From positions 2,790,001-2,822,000 of the forward strand of contig NC_009483.1 in the NCBI RefSeq assembly GCF_000016745.1: a stretch of DNA of 32,000 bases, in the 5' to 3' direction. The translations under genes and the position numbers were made by a program. This DNA comes from Geotalea uraniireducens Rf4 (lineage in GTDB: Bacteria; Desulfobacterota; Desulfuromonadia; Geobacterales; Geobacteraceae). Shown here in pieces: positions 20,407-29,606 of the stretch (position 1 is its first letter; each line of letters opens with the position of its first letter). Under the pieces are notes generated by a model. It saw only the letters and a list, made by a program, of their open reading frames with translations. It was not told the origin of the DNA and made no database searches.

Positions 20407-22305
20407 CTAGAACCTGAACCTGACCCCACCCTCGAACCACCTGCCCGGGGTCCTGAACTCCGAAAAGTAGAACTGGGAGCTGTTGAAGAGGTTGCGGGCG
20501 CTGAAAAACGTCTCGACCGTCCGACCATCCCCGGTAAATATTTTTTTCGCCAGGTAAAGGTCCCAGATGAAGGCATTGTGCGCCGTGTCGGCATCCCATC
20601 CGATGTAATGCCCCCTCAGGTTTCCCGAGAAGGACCGCTGGTCGTCGTACTGAAGGCCGATATCGTAAGTTATACGGCCAGCGCCCGTCACCCTTTCACC
20701 GGTGTCCCGATCTCTCAAATCGACAAAGGCAAACCCCGCCAGAAGGGACATATTGTACAAGGGAAGGCTCTTCAATTCCACCTCCCCCCCCTGTTTACGT
20801 TGCCTTCCGTTGTTGATTATCCTGATCGAATCATTGCCTGTTGTTTCGAAAGCGAGCACGTCCGTTACGTCATGGCGGAACAGGGTGGTCTTAAGCCAGA
20901 GGTATCTGACGGGGGCCGATTCCAAGCCGACTTGGTACGACCAGACTTTCTCCATCTTCAGGCCGGGGTTCGGCAGGGAGAAGAGACCGGTGCCGAAGGT
21001 GGCGAAAAGGGGAGGAATGCTGAACCCCCGGGCAACGGAGGCCCGCAGAATGGTGCTTTCCGCCGGAGTATAGGTCACGCCAAAACTTGGGCTGAAGAAA
21101 TTGCCGTTGGTGCTCGTCTGGTCATAACGGATGCCGGGGGTGAAGGAAAATTTGTCGATGGCGATGGTGTCGTTGGTAAACAGCGCCCACTTTTCAAGGC
21201 GTTGTTTACCATTGCTCATGGTGTCGGATTGCAGGTCCCTGTTGGTACTATCAAGTTCCCGGTTGTCGTAATCGGCGCCGACCAGAAGGTTGTGCATCCC
21301 CTGCCGCCAGACAAGTTTGGCGCTCCCGCCGATGGTCGCCTCGTCCCCGCTCATTTTCGTCACCGGGGCACCGGTACTGAACCGGCTCCGGAAAAAATCG
21401 TCGTGCTGCTTCAGCCCCCTGGCGGAGAGATGCAGATCCAGGTTGTCGGACAGGGCGTGGTCCAAAGCCAGGGTGGTAAAGAGATGCTCGAAGTCATTTC
21501 GGATAGAAAAGTCGTACACCTGCGACTCACCTGCTCCACGTGTGCCGTAGATGTATCCCAGAGTGAAGAGAAGGCCGGTCTTGTCGGTCGGCTCCCAGCG
21601 TAGTTTGGTGTAGACGTTGTTCCCGTCGAAGGAGGTGCTTGGGGTGAGGCCGTCGGAAAGGAGCTTGCCGGTGGAGAGGTAATAGCCCAAATCGCCGGAC
21701 TTGCCGGAGGCCTCACCCCGGTAGTCGCCGGTATTTCTGTCGCCAATGGAGGCGGAGGCCGTGCCGCCGAAGACGCGCATCTCATCCGGCGACTTGGTGA
21801 TGACGTTGATGACGCCGCCGAGCGACGACCCCCAGGAGGATGACGCCGGCCCCTTGATGATCTCGACCTTTTCGATCTCCTGGACAGGTAGTGAGCCGAA
21901 ATCGGCAGCATTGTCGGACAGGTTGTTCAATGTCACGCCGTCGATCATCACCAGCACATGGCGGAATTCGGAACCCTGAACGAAGATATTTGCTATGCTG
22001 CCGGAGCCGCCCCGGCTATCCACCTGCACGCCGGGGATATAGTTGAGGATGTCGGTCAGGGTATGGGCATTGATCGCCTCGATCTCTGCGGCGGTGACGA
22101 CGGTGATGTTCTCCGCCACCTGGGCAATCGGCTTGGGATAACGGGTTGCAGTTTCCACGAGGTCTTTTTCCTTGTAAAACATCTGCAGTACCTTCAGTTC
22201 TTCTTCAGGCTCATCCGGCTGGGCATAGAGCGGAGTAGGAAGATAAAAGGCGATTGACAACACATATAAAAACAAGAATGTTCTTTTCAAAGAATTCCTA
22301 TACAT
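20407..22305 (-). CDS. TonB-dependent outer-membrane receptor
   Basis: Signal peptide MYRNSLKRTFLFLYVLSIAFYLPTPLYA/Q from the ATG at 22305. Plug motifs (ENITVVTAAEIEAINAHTLTDILNYIPGV, IEKVEIIKGPASSSWGSSLGGVINVITK). A long barrel ending ...GGVRFRF. The track start at 22365 adds 20 non-signal residues and lies upstream of the predicted -10. Confidence 0.85.
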   Translation of the reverse strand: MYRNSLKRTFLFLYVLSIAFYLPTPLYAQPDEPEEELKVLQMFYKEKDLVETATRYPKPIAQVAENITVVTAAEIEAINAHTLTDILNYIPGVQVDSRGGSGSIANIFVQGSEFRHVLVMIDGVTLNNLSDNAADFGSLPVQEIEKVEIIKGPASSSWGSSLGGVINVITKSPDEMRVFGGTASASIGDRNTGDYRGEASGKSGDLGYYLSTGKLLSDGLTPSTSFDGNNVYTKLRWEPTDKTGLLFTLGYIYGTRGAGESQVYDFSIRNDFEHLFTTLALDHALSDNLDLHLSARGLKQHDDFFRSRFSTGAPVTKMSGDEATIGGSAKLVWRQGMHNLLVGADYDNRELDSTNRDLQSDTMSNGKQRLEKWALFTNDTIAIDKFSFTPGIRYDQTSTNGNFFSPSFGVTYTPAESTILRASVARGFSIPPLFATFGTGLFSLPNPGLKMEKVWSYQVGLESAPVRYLWLKTTLFRHDVTDVLAFETTGNDSIRIINNGRQRKQGGEVELKSLPLYNMSLLAGFAFVDLRDRDTGERVTGAGRITYDIGLQYDDQRSFSGNLRGHYIGWDADTAHNAFIWDLYLAKKIFTGDGRTVETFFSARNLFNSSQFYFSEFRTPGRWFEGGVRFRF

Positions 22306-22331
22306 AACATTTAATGTTGTGATATTAAACC

Positions 22332-22382
22332 TTGCCAACGAGCCTTTTTCGGGTATTATACTCATCCAAAGTTATTTGTCTA
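22332..22382. promoter_or_regulatory. Compact divergent sigma-70-like promoter pair with overlapping -10 hexamers
   Basis: Plus strand: TTGCCA (22332-22337)-16 nt-TATTAT (22354-22359). Minus strand: TAGACA (22382-22377)-16 nt-TATAAT (22360-22355). A 13-bp palindrome, aacatttaatgtt (22306-22318), abuts the receptor ATG. Prediction by eye only. Confidence 0.3.
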
Positions 22383-22396
22383 TAGTGGACTCATTA

Positions 22397-23293
22397 ATGG
22401 TTAAAATTTTTTCGATAATAATACTTTCACTGACACTCTTTCAGGAAACGGCGGCAGGCTCCCAGGAAGTCGTGGTTGTCCAGAGCCTCAGGGTCAAACC
22501 GTATGATGACGCCCTGCGGGGCTTCAAATCCGTGTATGCCGGCAAGATCAAAAAGCTGATCCTCCCGGAAACGGAAGGAGCGGATGCCGTCAGGACGGTG
22601 CGCGAGGCAAAGCCGGGCATGATCCTCGCCATCGGGGCGGAAGCCCTGGCGAAGGTCAGAAGGATCAAAGACATACCCATCGTTTATCTCATGGTATTGA
22701 ATCCGCACGCCCCCCTCCAGGGTGAAGAGAACATCACCGGCGTCAGCATGAGTATTCCTCCGGAAAAGCAGTTAGCAGCGCTACAGAAGGTCCTGCCCAA
22801 TGTCCGGAGAGTCGGGCTCCTCTATGACCCGGCCAAAACCGGCTTTCTTGTCAAAAAAGCGCAGCTTGCCGCCAGGGCAGCGGGCATCGAGCTTGTGGCA
22901 AAGGAAGTGCACAGGCCGAAGGATGTCCCGGAGCTGGCAAACAGCATGAAGGAGCATATCCAGGCTTTCTGGATGTTCCCCGACACCACGGTGGTTACAC
23001 CGGAAACCGTCAATTTCCTGCTTCTCTTTTCCATGGAAAACAGGATACCCATGTTCGCCTTTTCCAACAAATACGTGGAGGCGGGAGCTCTGATGTCCCT
23101 GGACATAGACGCTTTCAACCTGGGGAAACAGGCCGGGGAAGCGGCCGGGAAAATATTGTCCGGCGCCGATGTAAGGGAAATTCTTAGGTTCGATGCAAAG
23201 AACGCGGTTTTGACGATCAATGTCAAGACGGCAAAAAAAATGGGTATAACCGTCAGCGATGAAGTCATGACCAAGGCCAGGAAGGTGAGGTAA
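22397..23293 (+). CDS. Periplasmic substrate-binding-protein-like protein (ABC_sub_bind/PF04392-like fold), no cognate permease or ATPase nearby
   Basis: From the ATG at 22397: MVKIFSIIILSLTLFQETAAGSQ signal peptide, then VVVVQSLRVKPYDDALRGFKS...AIGAEAL...VGLLYDP...FWMFPDTTV...AGALMSLDID, typical of this SBP family. Its stop lies 5 nt before the kinase ATG. Confidence 0.65.
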   Translation: MVKIFSIIILSLTLFQETAAGSQEVVVVQSLRVKPYDDALRGFKSVYAGKIKKLILPETEGADAVRTVREAKPGMILAIGAEALAKVRRIKDIPIVYLMVLNPHAPLQGEENITGVSMSIPPEKQLAALQKVLPNVRRVGLLYDPAKTGFLVKKAQLAARAAGIELVAKEVHRPKDVPELANSMKEHIQAFWMFPDTTVVTPETVNFLLLFSMENRIPMFAFSNKYVEAGALMSLDIDAFNLGKQAGEAAGKILSGADVREILRFDAKNAVLTINVKTAKKMGITVSDEVMTKARKVR

Positions 23294-23298
23294 GTGTG

Positions 23299-25269
23299 AT
23301 GAAAATATCCTTCCCATTTTTAAAAAAACAGCATGAGAGTTTCAGCACAAGGATATTCTTCCTTTTCAACATTTTCATCATAGTTATTTCCGTGTCGTTC
23401 ACCGCATTCTTTTTCCAGCAGCAGCGCAAGGCTCTGAAACAAGGCCTGACGAATGAAGGGGTGTTGCTTGCCAAGCTCCTGGCGTACAATTCAAGGCTTG
23501 GCGTCTATGTCGAAAATGAGGAACTGCTGAGTGACGCCGTTGACGGCATCGTACGGCACAAGGAAGTGCTGTTCGTTTCGATACATACCCTGACGGGAAC
23601 CCCCCTGAAGGAGCAAGGGCGAAAGCCTTCCGCAAGGGCCGGTGAAACGGCTGCATCCAATTGGCAAGCCAAGGCTGATCTGCTGAAAATAAACCGGGAG
23701 CCCCTTGTCGTGGAAGGCGTCGACACCTTCGAATTCCTGGCGCCGGTGGTTTCAAGCCCGGCTTATGCATCGGAAGAGGCCCTGCTTACAGATGAAAGCC
23801 CCTTTAAACCCAAAGAGCGCATCATCGGCTTTGTGCGGCTCATTCTCGACAAAAAATTTCTCGACCAGCGGCTGCAGACCCTCCTGTTTACCAGCATTCT
23901 CCTGGCGCTTGTCTTCCTGGTATCCGGCTCGATCATCACCTATCTCATCGTAAAGGGAATCACCCAGCCGCTCAACAGGTTGACGGCAGGGGTCAAGGCC
24001 CTGGGGACCGGCGGGACTTTCAATAAGATACCGGTCGAGACCAGGGATGAAATCGGCAACCTGGCAACCGCCTTCAACACCATGTCCGAGTCTCTGCAAA
24101 ACAGGGAAGCCGAGAAACAGCACCTTGAAGAACAACTCCGCCATTCGCAAAAGATGGAAGCCATCGGTACGCTTGCGGGCGGCGTTGCCCATGACTTCAA
24201 CAACCTCCTCACCGTTATAACGGGTTTCGGCAATCTCATGCAGATGAATCTGCAAGAAGACACCCAATTAATGACCTACGCCGACCAGATACTAATTGCA
24301 AGCGACCGTGCGGCGGTTCTTACCAAGAGGCTTCTTACGTTCAGCAGAAATCAGATCATCAATCCCAGCCCGATGAATATCAACGTGATCATCAAGAGCC
24401 TGGAAAACATATTGGTGAGGGTTATCAGCGAGGATGTGGAGTTTAAAGTCGATCTGGGCGGAGAAAATCTGACCGTCATGACCGATTCCGGCTTGATCGA
24501 CCAGATAATCATAAACCTGGCCGCCAATGCCCGTGATGCAATGCCCAATGGCGGAATGCTGACGATCCGGACAAATATTGCCGAGCTGGGCGGGGAATCA
24601 CTGTCGCCGGGCGACCACGGAAAACCAGGGAAGTACGCACTGATAACGGTCACAGATACGGGTTCGGGAATGGAAGAAGAAACCGTGGAAAGAATCTTTG
24701 AACCCTTCTTCACCACCAAAGAGGTCGGCAAGGGAACGGGACTGGGACTTTCGATGGTCTACGGATTAGTCAAGCAGCATAAAGGTGTCATAAGAGTCGA
24801 AAGCGCACTTGGCCGTGGGACAACCTTCCGGATATATCTTCCATTAATCGAGTCATCGGCAGAGGAAAAAAAATCGGAAACCTTATGCTTTCCCAAGGGC
24901 AATAATGAAACATTATTGGTGGCAGAGGACGACAAACTGGTCATGGGACTTACCAGGGAGATACTGGGAAAGCATGGCTACAGGATAATCGAAGCAGCAG
25001 ACGGGGAAGATGCGGTCGCTAAATTCACGGAAAATGCAGACAGAATCGAGATGGTTTTACTTGACGTCATCATGCCGAAAAAAAACGGCAAAGAAGTCTT
25101 CGAGGAGATAAAAAAGATAAAGCCCGGCATCAAGACCCTCTTTATGAGCGGCTACACAAACGACATCATAGCCGGCAAAGGGGTCATTGAAGAGGGGATA
25201 AACTTCATCTCAAAACCGGTCCAGCCCGGCGAGCTTTTGCATAAAATAAAAGAAGTGCTGCAGCAATGA
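23299..25269 (+). CDS. Hybrid sensor histidine kinase (TM-periplasmic domain-TM-HAMP-HisKA-HATPase-REC)
   Basis: Two TM segments flank a periplasmic region of about 170 aa. HAMP ([15 protein letters not shown]...[13 protein letters not shown]), H-box [13 protein letters not shown] boxes ([26 protein letters not shown]), and a C-terminal receiver (LLVAEDD...[10 protein letters not shown]...LFMSGY). Confidence 0.9.
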   Translation: MKISFPFLKKQHESFSTRIFFLFNIFIIVISVSFTAFFFQQQRKALKQGLTNEGVLLAKLLAYNSRLGVYVENEELLSDAVDGIVRHKEVLFVSIHTLTGTPLKEQGRKPSARAGETAASNWQAKADLLKINREPLVVEGVDTFEFLAPVVSSPAYASEEALLTDESPFKPKERIIGFVRLILDKKFLDQRLQTLLFTSILLALVFLVSGSIITYLIVKGITQPLNRLTAGVKALGTGGTFNKIPVETRDEIGNLATAFNTMSESLQNREAEKQHLEEQLRHSQKMEAIGTLAGGVAHDFNNLLTVITGFGNLMQMNLQEDTQLMTYADQILIASDRAAVLTKRLLTFSRNQIINPSPMNINVIIKSLENILVRVISEDVEFKVDLGGENLTVMTDSGLIDQIIINLAANARDAMPNGGMLTIRTNIAELGGESLSPGDHGKPGKYALITVTDTGSGMEEETVERIFEPFFTTKEVGKGTGLGLSMVYGLVKQHKGVIRVESALGRGTTFRIYLPLIESSAEEKKSETLCFPKGNNETLLVAEDDKLVMGLTREILGKHGYRIIEAADGEDAVAKFTENADRIEMVLLDVIMPKKNGKEVFEEIKKIKPGIKTLFMSGYTNDIIAGKGVIEEGINFISKPVQPGELLHKIKEVLQQ

Positions 25270-25311
25270 TCTCTATCGCTCCATCTGGTCCTGCATCGAG
25301 ATGCGGTTGTG

Positions 25312-25470
25312 TCAATCATCCCCCTCATCTCCAGCGCTTTTGTCGATCTTCGGTGGCTCCTTTTTTTGCCTGATGTAGAAATAAATGATGACAAACAGAA
25401 CAAGTACGATAATCGCCGCAACAAGCCAGCTGAATGTAAACCCAAACCATTCCCCTTTGACGTCTGTCAT
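25312..25470 (-). CDS. Small single-TM membrane protein (52 aa), hypothetical
   Basis: MTDVKGEWFGFTFSWLVAAIIVLVLFVIIYFYIRQKKEPPKIDKSAGDEGDD from the ATG at 25470. One hydrophobic helix and an acidic tail. Confidence 0.4.
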   Translation of the reverse strand: MTDVKGEWFGFTFSWLVAAIIVLVLFVIIYFYIRQKKEPPKIDKSAGDEGDD

Positions 25471-25504
25471 GACCTTAACCCCCTTTTCAGTGGATTGCGC
25501 TCCA

Positions 25505-25771
25505 TCAGTCCTCACGTTTCACGGTTTTATAGGCAGAATCAGGGTCGCATTCGGGACGCAGATACCGCTCCAGATCATCAAACAGCTCATCGGCCATCAA
25601 ATGGATTGCCTCCACCTTGTCAAAATCCGGCGGCATCGCTTGTGCGAGATAAGCATCATGCATCTGCGCAATGGAAGTCTTCAAGTCGCGCAGCCTGCAA
25701 TATACAATCTCAAGCTCCCGATACTCACTCTCCCCTAGTTCCTCCAGCATTTTCGTATCCATTTTCTCCAT
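25505..25771 (-). CDS. Hypothetical acidic protein (88 aa)
   Basis: The ATG at 25771 is preceded by AAGGAGGAAGG. MEKMDTKMLEELGESEYRELEIVYCRLRDLKTSIAQMHDAYLAQ... is predicted helical. No family recognised. Confidence 0.45.
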   Translation of the reverse strand: MEKMDTKMLEELGESEYRELEIVYCRLRDLKTSIAQMHDAYLAQAMPPDFDKVEAIHLMADELFDDLERYLRPECDPDSAYKTVKRED

Positions 25772-25896
25772 TATGCCTTCCTCCTTCTCCGGCCCAATAG
25801 GGAACTCCATTCTTGAATTTTACCACTAAAACAGGTGTCCACTAGTTTTTGATTCGGAAAGCGGGGGAGTATTTGTTATGGAGTCCTGGCAAGAAA

Positions 25897-25926
25897 ATAG
25901 AAAAGCCCGCACAAAGCGGGCTTTTA
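25897..25926 (-). terminator. Intrinsic terminator after the PBP1A gene
   Basis: agcccgc-acaaa-gcgggct is flanked by an A-run and a T-run. On the minus strand the stem is followed by UUUUCUAUUUU. Confidence 0.7.
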
Positions 25927-25968
25927 CGTTGGGCGAAACAGGAGGGAAACCCCGAATTCCAAAGAGGC

Positions 25969-27972
25969 TTACCGGCTGCTGACAGGCTGCTGCCCTTCTG
26001 CATTCGGCAGAGTCGGGGGTGGAGTTATCGGATTGAGGGGATCTCCGCCGTGCTTGGGACAGTTCGAGGTCGGCTGGGTACCCGAAATATAAAACTCGTC
26101 CCGTTTTTCCGGACAGTCCGCATTCGCCGGATAGCCTGTTGTCGGGTCAATGGAAACGGAAACGACCGTATCCGGTTTCGGGAAGTCAACGGCAGGTCTG
26201 GCGGACAACGCCGTGCGCATGAACCGTTCCCAGATAGGGGCAGCGACAGCCCCTCCCGTAAAGCCTTTACCCCCCGGCCGGGGCTTGTCATACCCCACCC
26301 AGATGCCGGTTATCACCTGTGGAGTATAGCCTACAAACCAGGCATCCCGATAATCATCGGTGGTGCCGGTCTTCCCTGCGGACGGATGTTCCTGACTGAA
26401 TTTTTTCAGAGATTTGGCGGTGCCGTACACCATGACGTCCTTAAGCATACGGGTTGTGACAAAGGCGGCAGCCGGCGACAGGGCCGGGGTGACTAACGGA
26501 GGATTTTCCGCCCAGGCCCGCCGATTGCGATCATAAATACGGATAATGGTTCGTGGTTCGGTCCGCAAGCCACCGTTGGCCAAGGGGGTGTAAGCCCGTA
26601 CCAGATCGTGCAAGGTGACCTCATCCGTGCCCAGAGCCAGGGAGAGACCATTCTGTGCCCGTAACGGCAGCCCAGTTTTCCCGGCAAAATCGACAAAATA
26701 CGGGACCCCGATGGTCTCCAGCAACTTTACCGTAACGACATTGTTCGAGTAGGCCAGGGCCTGCCTGAGGGAAAGCTCCCCATACTGTTCCCTGCCATAG
26801 TTCAGCGGCTGCCAGATTTCATTATTGCCACGATTGTAGGCTGCAGGCGTATCGTTCCAGATGCTGGCGGCAGTAATCCCTTTTTCCAGGGCCGCGGCAT
26901 AGATCAGCGGTTTGATGGCCGAGCCGGGCTGACGCCTGGCATAAAAGGCGCGGTCATAGCCGCTCTTGCTGAAATCGACTCCCCCGACAGCCGCCAGCAG
27001 ATCCCCTGTAGCGGGGTCCAGGCTCACCAATGCGCCCTGCAGCTGTGGCGAAATCCGTTTAACCCCTTCACGCAAGGTCTTTTCCGCCAGCTTTTGCAGG
27101 TTCAGATCCATGGCCGCGGTTACTTCCAGCCCGCCCTGTTCAACGATCTCCTTGCCGTAGCGCTCGATCAGTTTGTTGCGGACATGCGCCGTGTAGTACG
27201 GGGCCTGACCGGGTTGGGTAAAGGTGACGCGCTGGCCTCTCAGTTTCTGCTTCTGCCGGGGAGTGATGATTTTGAGCTCAGCCATCCGTTTGAGGACCAC
27301 ATCCCTCCGCCCCGCTACGTTGGCCGGTTTTCCCAAAGGATTGTAGCGCCCCGGGTTCTTCGGCACTCCGGCCAAAAGGGCGCATTCCGCGTCGGTCAAC
27401 TCCTCCGGCCTTTTATCAAAATAGAGACGGACAGCCTGGGCAATCCCCCAGGCGCCATTCCCGTAATAGATTTCGTTTAAATACATCTCCAGGATCTGCT
27501 TCTTTGTGTACTTCTTTTCAAACTCAACGGCCATGAGGCCTTCCTTGAGCTTCCGGTCGATGGTCTTCTCCCCGGATAAATACTTGTTCTTGATCAGTTG
27601 CTGGGTGATCGTCGATCCCCCCTCGGCCAGCTTCCCTTTCACCACATCCTTCACCAACGCACGTGCGATCCCGCGGATATCGATCCCGCCATGTTCATAA
27701 AAGCGGGAGTCCTCAACAGCCACCACCGCCTTTTGCAGGAAAGCGGGAATACGGTCAATGGAAACCCAGTATCTTTTTTCCGGCATGATCCGGCCGACGA
27801 ACCGCCCTTCTCTGTCAAAGACTTTAATGGAGGTATAGGCGGACGGCAGGAGGGGATAGGTGGCGATTGATTCCTGGGCCCGGGCCGATGGGACGAGGCA
27901 TAAGACAAGGAAAAGGCCTAAGATCATGGAATATAATGCTTCTTTGAGAAGCGAGGGAAAATGGGAAAACAA
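25969..27972 (-). CDS. mrcA: Class A penicillin-binding protein 1A (bifunctional glycosyltransferase/transpeptidase)
   Basis: 667 aa. GT51 motifs (EDSRFYEHGGID, GGSTITQQL, RKLKE). Transpeptidase motifs SAIKP (SxxK), YSNN (SxN) and KTGTT. N-terminal TM anchor. Start TTG at 27972 as in the track; the start is uncertain. Confidence 0.9.
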   Translation of the reverse strand: MFSHFPSLLKEALYSMILGLFLVLCLVPSARAQESIATYPLLPSAYTSIKVFDREGRFVGRIMPEKRYWVSIDRIPAFLQKAVVAVEDSRFYEHGGIDIRGIARALVKDVVKGKLAEGGSTITQQLIKNKYLSGEKTIDRKLKEGLMAVEFEKKYTKKQILEMYLNEIYYGNGAWGIAQAVRLYFDKRPEELTDAECALLAGVPKNPGRYNPLGKPANVAGRRDVVLKRMAELKIITPRQKQKLRGQRVTFTQPGQAPYYTAHVRNKLIERYGKEIVEQGGLEVTAAMDLNLQKLAEKTLREGVKRISPQLQGALVSLDPATGDLLAAVGGVDFSKSGYDRAFYARRQPGSAIKPLIYAAALEKGITAASIWNDTPAAYNRGNNEIWQPLNYGREQYGELSLRQALAYSNNVVTVKLLETIGVPYFVDFAGKTGLPLRAQNGLSLALGTDEVTLHDLVRAYTPLANGGLRTEPRTIIRIYDRNRRAWAENPPLVTPALSPAAAFVTTRMLKDVMVYGTAKSLKKFSQEHPSAGKTGTTDDYRDAWFVGYTPQVITGIWVGYDKPRPGGKGFTGGAVAAPIWERFMRTALSARPAVDFPKPDTVVSVSIDPTTGYPANADCPEKRDEFYISGTQPTSNCPKHGGDPLNPITPPPTLPNAEGQQPVSSR

Positions 27973-28160
27973 GATGGTTGTTTACTCCTTCAGAGTGACC
28001 GGGGTCTGGTTAGATTTTCTGCCATTCAAGACAGTTTGTCACACCTGTTAAATGGCAGCAAGTCTAATCTGAACCAATAGGCCAGGGCGGTCTCCCGCTC
28101 GCCGCTTCGCAGTGTCACGGCGTACTCCTTCATGGGCTGCCTCCGTGGCACCGCAGCCCC

Positions 28161-28325
28161 TTAGCTCTTCTTGCTCGTCTTCGCGTAGAAGGCTGTGTAC
28201 TGCTGCACGACCGAGGTCCCCTTGCACTCGGGGCAGGTCATCTCCCCCTTGTCGTGCTCCGCAATGTGCATGATGACCGAAAAGTTCTTTGCACACTTTT
28301 CGCAGCGATACTCGTAGATTGGCAT
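28161..28325 (-). CDS. FmdB-family zinc-ribbon protein (CxxC...CxxC)
   Basis: From the ATG at 28325 (GGGAGG upstream): MPIYEYRCEKCAKNFSVIMHIAEHDKGEMTCPECKGTSVVQQ..., the classic MPIYEYxCxxC N-terminus of this family. Confidence 0.8.
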   Translation of the reverse strand: MPIYEYRCEKCAKNFSVIMHIAEHDKGEMTCPECKGTSVVQQYTAFYAKTSKKS

Positions 28326-28471
28326 GTCGATCATCCTCCCCGATGATAAAGTGCAGGCCGTGTCGCCCTGCTCCATTAAATTTAGAGGACATTCGACGTT
28401 TGTCAACACGAAGCCGGGTAACTCCGGGGACGGCGAAAATAGTGTCCATCTGATTTGCCAAAGTCCCCAAA

Positions 28472-29371
28472 CTACTTCTGCGGCTTGCTATCCCCGGTGG
28501 CGGCCGGCGCCTGCTGTACCACTTCCAGCCCCGCCTCCTTGGCCAGCTTGTCGAGAAACTCCCGGGCTTTTTTCTGCTCGAACTGCCCCTTCAGGGTTGT
28601 TCGGATATAATCCTTCGCCTCGTCGAAACTGGCGGTCCGTTGGTCGGTCCGCTCGTCAACCCTGATGATGTGGTAGCCGAATGGGGTCTCCACCACGGGA
28701 CTCGTCTCTCCGGCTTTCAGAGCAAATGCCGCCTTCTCGAATTCCTTCGAATTGGTCTTGCCGGGCGAGAGGACGCCGAGATCCCCTCCCTTGGAGGCCG
28801 AATCGGCATCTTCGGAGGATGCCCGGGCAACGGCGGCAAAATCGGCACCTTCTTTCAGTTGCTTGAGAATCGCCTCGGCTTTGGCCTTTGCCTTTTCCTT
28901 TACCTCAGGGGTGGCATCCTTCGCCGCCTCGAAATAAATATGACGGACCCTGGCACTCTGGGAAATGAGGAAGTCCTTTTCATGTTCCGCATAGTACTTT
29001 TTCAGTTCCTCCTCCGGGATCGCCACATCGGCCGTAACGACCTTGCGCAAATATTGGTCGGCGAGGTAGTTGTCGATCACATAACCGAGTTCTTCCTTCA
29101 CCTCCGGCTTCTTGTCGAAGCCTTCCTTCCTCGAACGGGCTGCCACCGCTTTCGTCAGCAGCAGCTGCCTGACGATTTCGGCGCGCTGTGCCGGATCGTC
29201 CTGCAACTTCTTCAGTGCCTCAGGCGACTGATAGCTGAGCAGTCGCTCCAGGTCCGCTTCCCGAAGGACAAAATCCCCCACCCTGCCGATGACCGGATTG
29301 ACCTCTTCTGCCAGTGCCGGTCCTGCCAGTAGGATTGAAATGGTGATGCCGAGCAGCAGGTTTCTGAACAT
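28472..29371 (-). CDS. Periplasmic parvulin-type peptidyl-prolyl isomerase (SurA/PrsA-like)
   Basis: From the ATG at 29371 (AAGGGGA upstream): signal peptide MFRNLLLGITISILLAGPALA/EE. Chaperone-like helical region, then a parvulin domain (ARVRHIYF...GGDLGVLSPGKT..EFEKAAFALKAGE.S.VVETPFGYHIIRV). Confidence 0.85.
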   Translation of the reverse strand: MFRNLLLGITISILLAGPALAEEVNPVIGRVGDFVLREADLERLLSYQSPEALKKLQDDPAQRAEIVRQLLLTKAVAARSRKEGFDKKPEVKEELGYVIDNYLADQYLRKVVTADVAIPEEELKKYYAEHEKDFLISQSARVRHIYFEAAKDATPEVKEKAKAKAEAILKQLKEGADFAAVARASSEDADSASKGGDLGVLSPGKTNSKEFEKAAFALKAGETSPVVETPFGYHIIRVDERTDQRTASFDEAKDYIRTTLKGQFEQKKAREFLDKLAKEAGLEVVQQAPAATGDSKPQK

Positions 29372-29606
29372 ATTTGTCCCCTTTTTCAATTGTCGCTCTT
29401 GATCCAGATTATAAGAATTGCCTTATAACATATGCCCTGCTTGGTTTCAAGCGAGTTTAAACCGCAACTTTCGGATTAATCTCTTCAAGCGGTTAAGTAT
29501 TGTGGCCCCAAACCCTAAGCCACCGGAGTTCGATTTCTTGGAGCGTGAAACAGGATTCGAAAACTAAATTCAGGGAGATTCAACATGCAAATGCTTAAAT
29601 GTCAAT

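Noticed and set aside
22306-22365. Upstream start (22365) for the TonB-dependent receptor as given by the ORF track
   Set aside because: The extra 20 residues precede a normal signal peptide that begins at the ATG at 22305. The upstream ATG overlaps the predicted -10 hexamer. Neither start has a good SD, so some uncertainty remains.
25878-25982. 34-codon plus-strand ORF (MESWQENRKARTKRAF...) with a GGGGGAG upstream
   Set aside because: It runs straight through the PBP1A terminator hairpin and into the 3' end of the PBP1A gene on the opposite strand. It is most likely fortuitous.
29535-29580. tRNA-like fragment (ggagttcgatttc / ggattcgaa), a possible att-site remnant
   Set aside because: Only a T-loop-like heptamer is present. 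No acceptor or T-stem pairing could be drawn, and no integrase is nearby.
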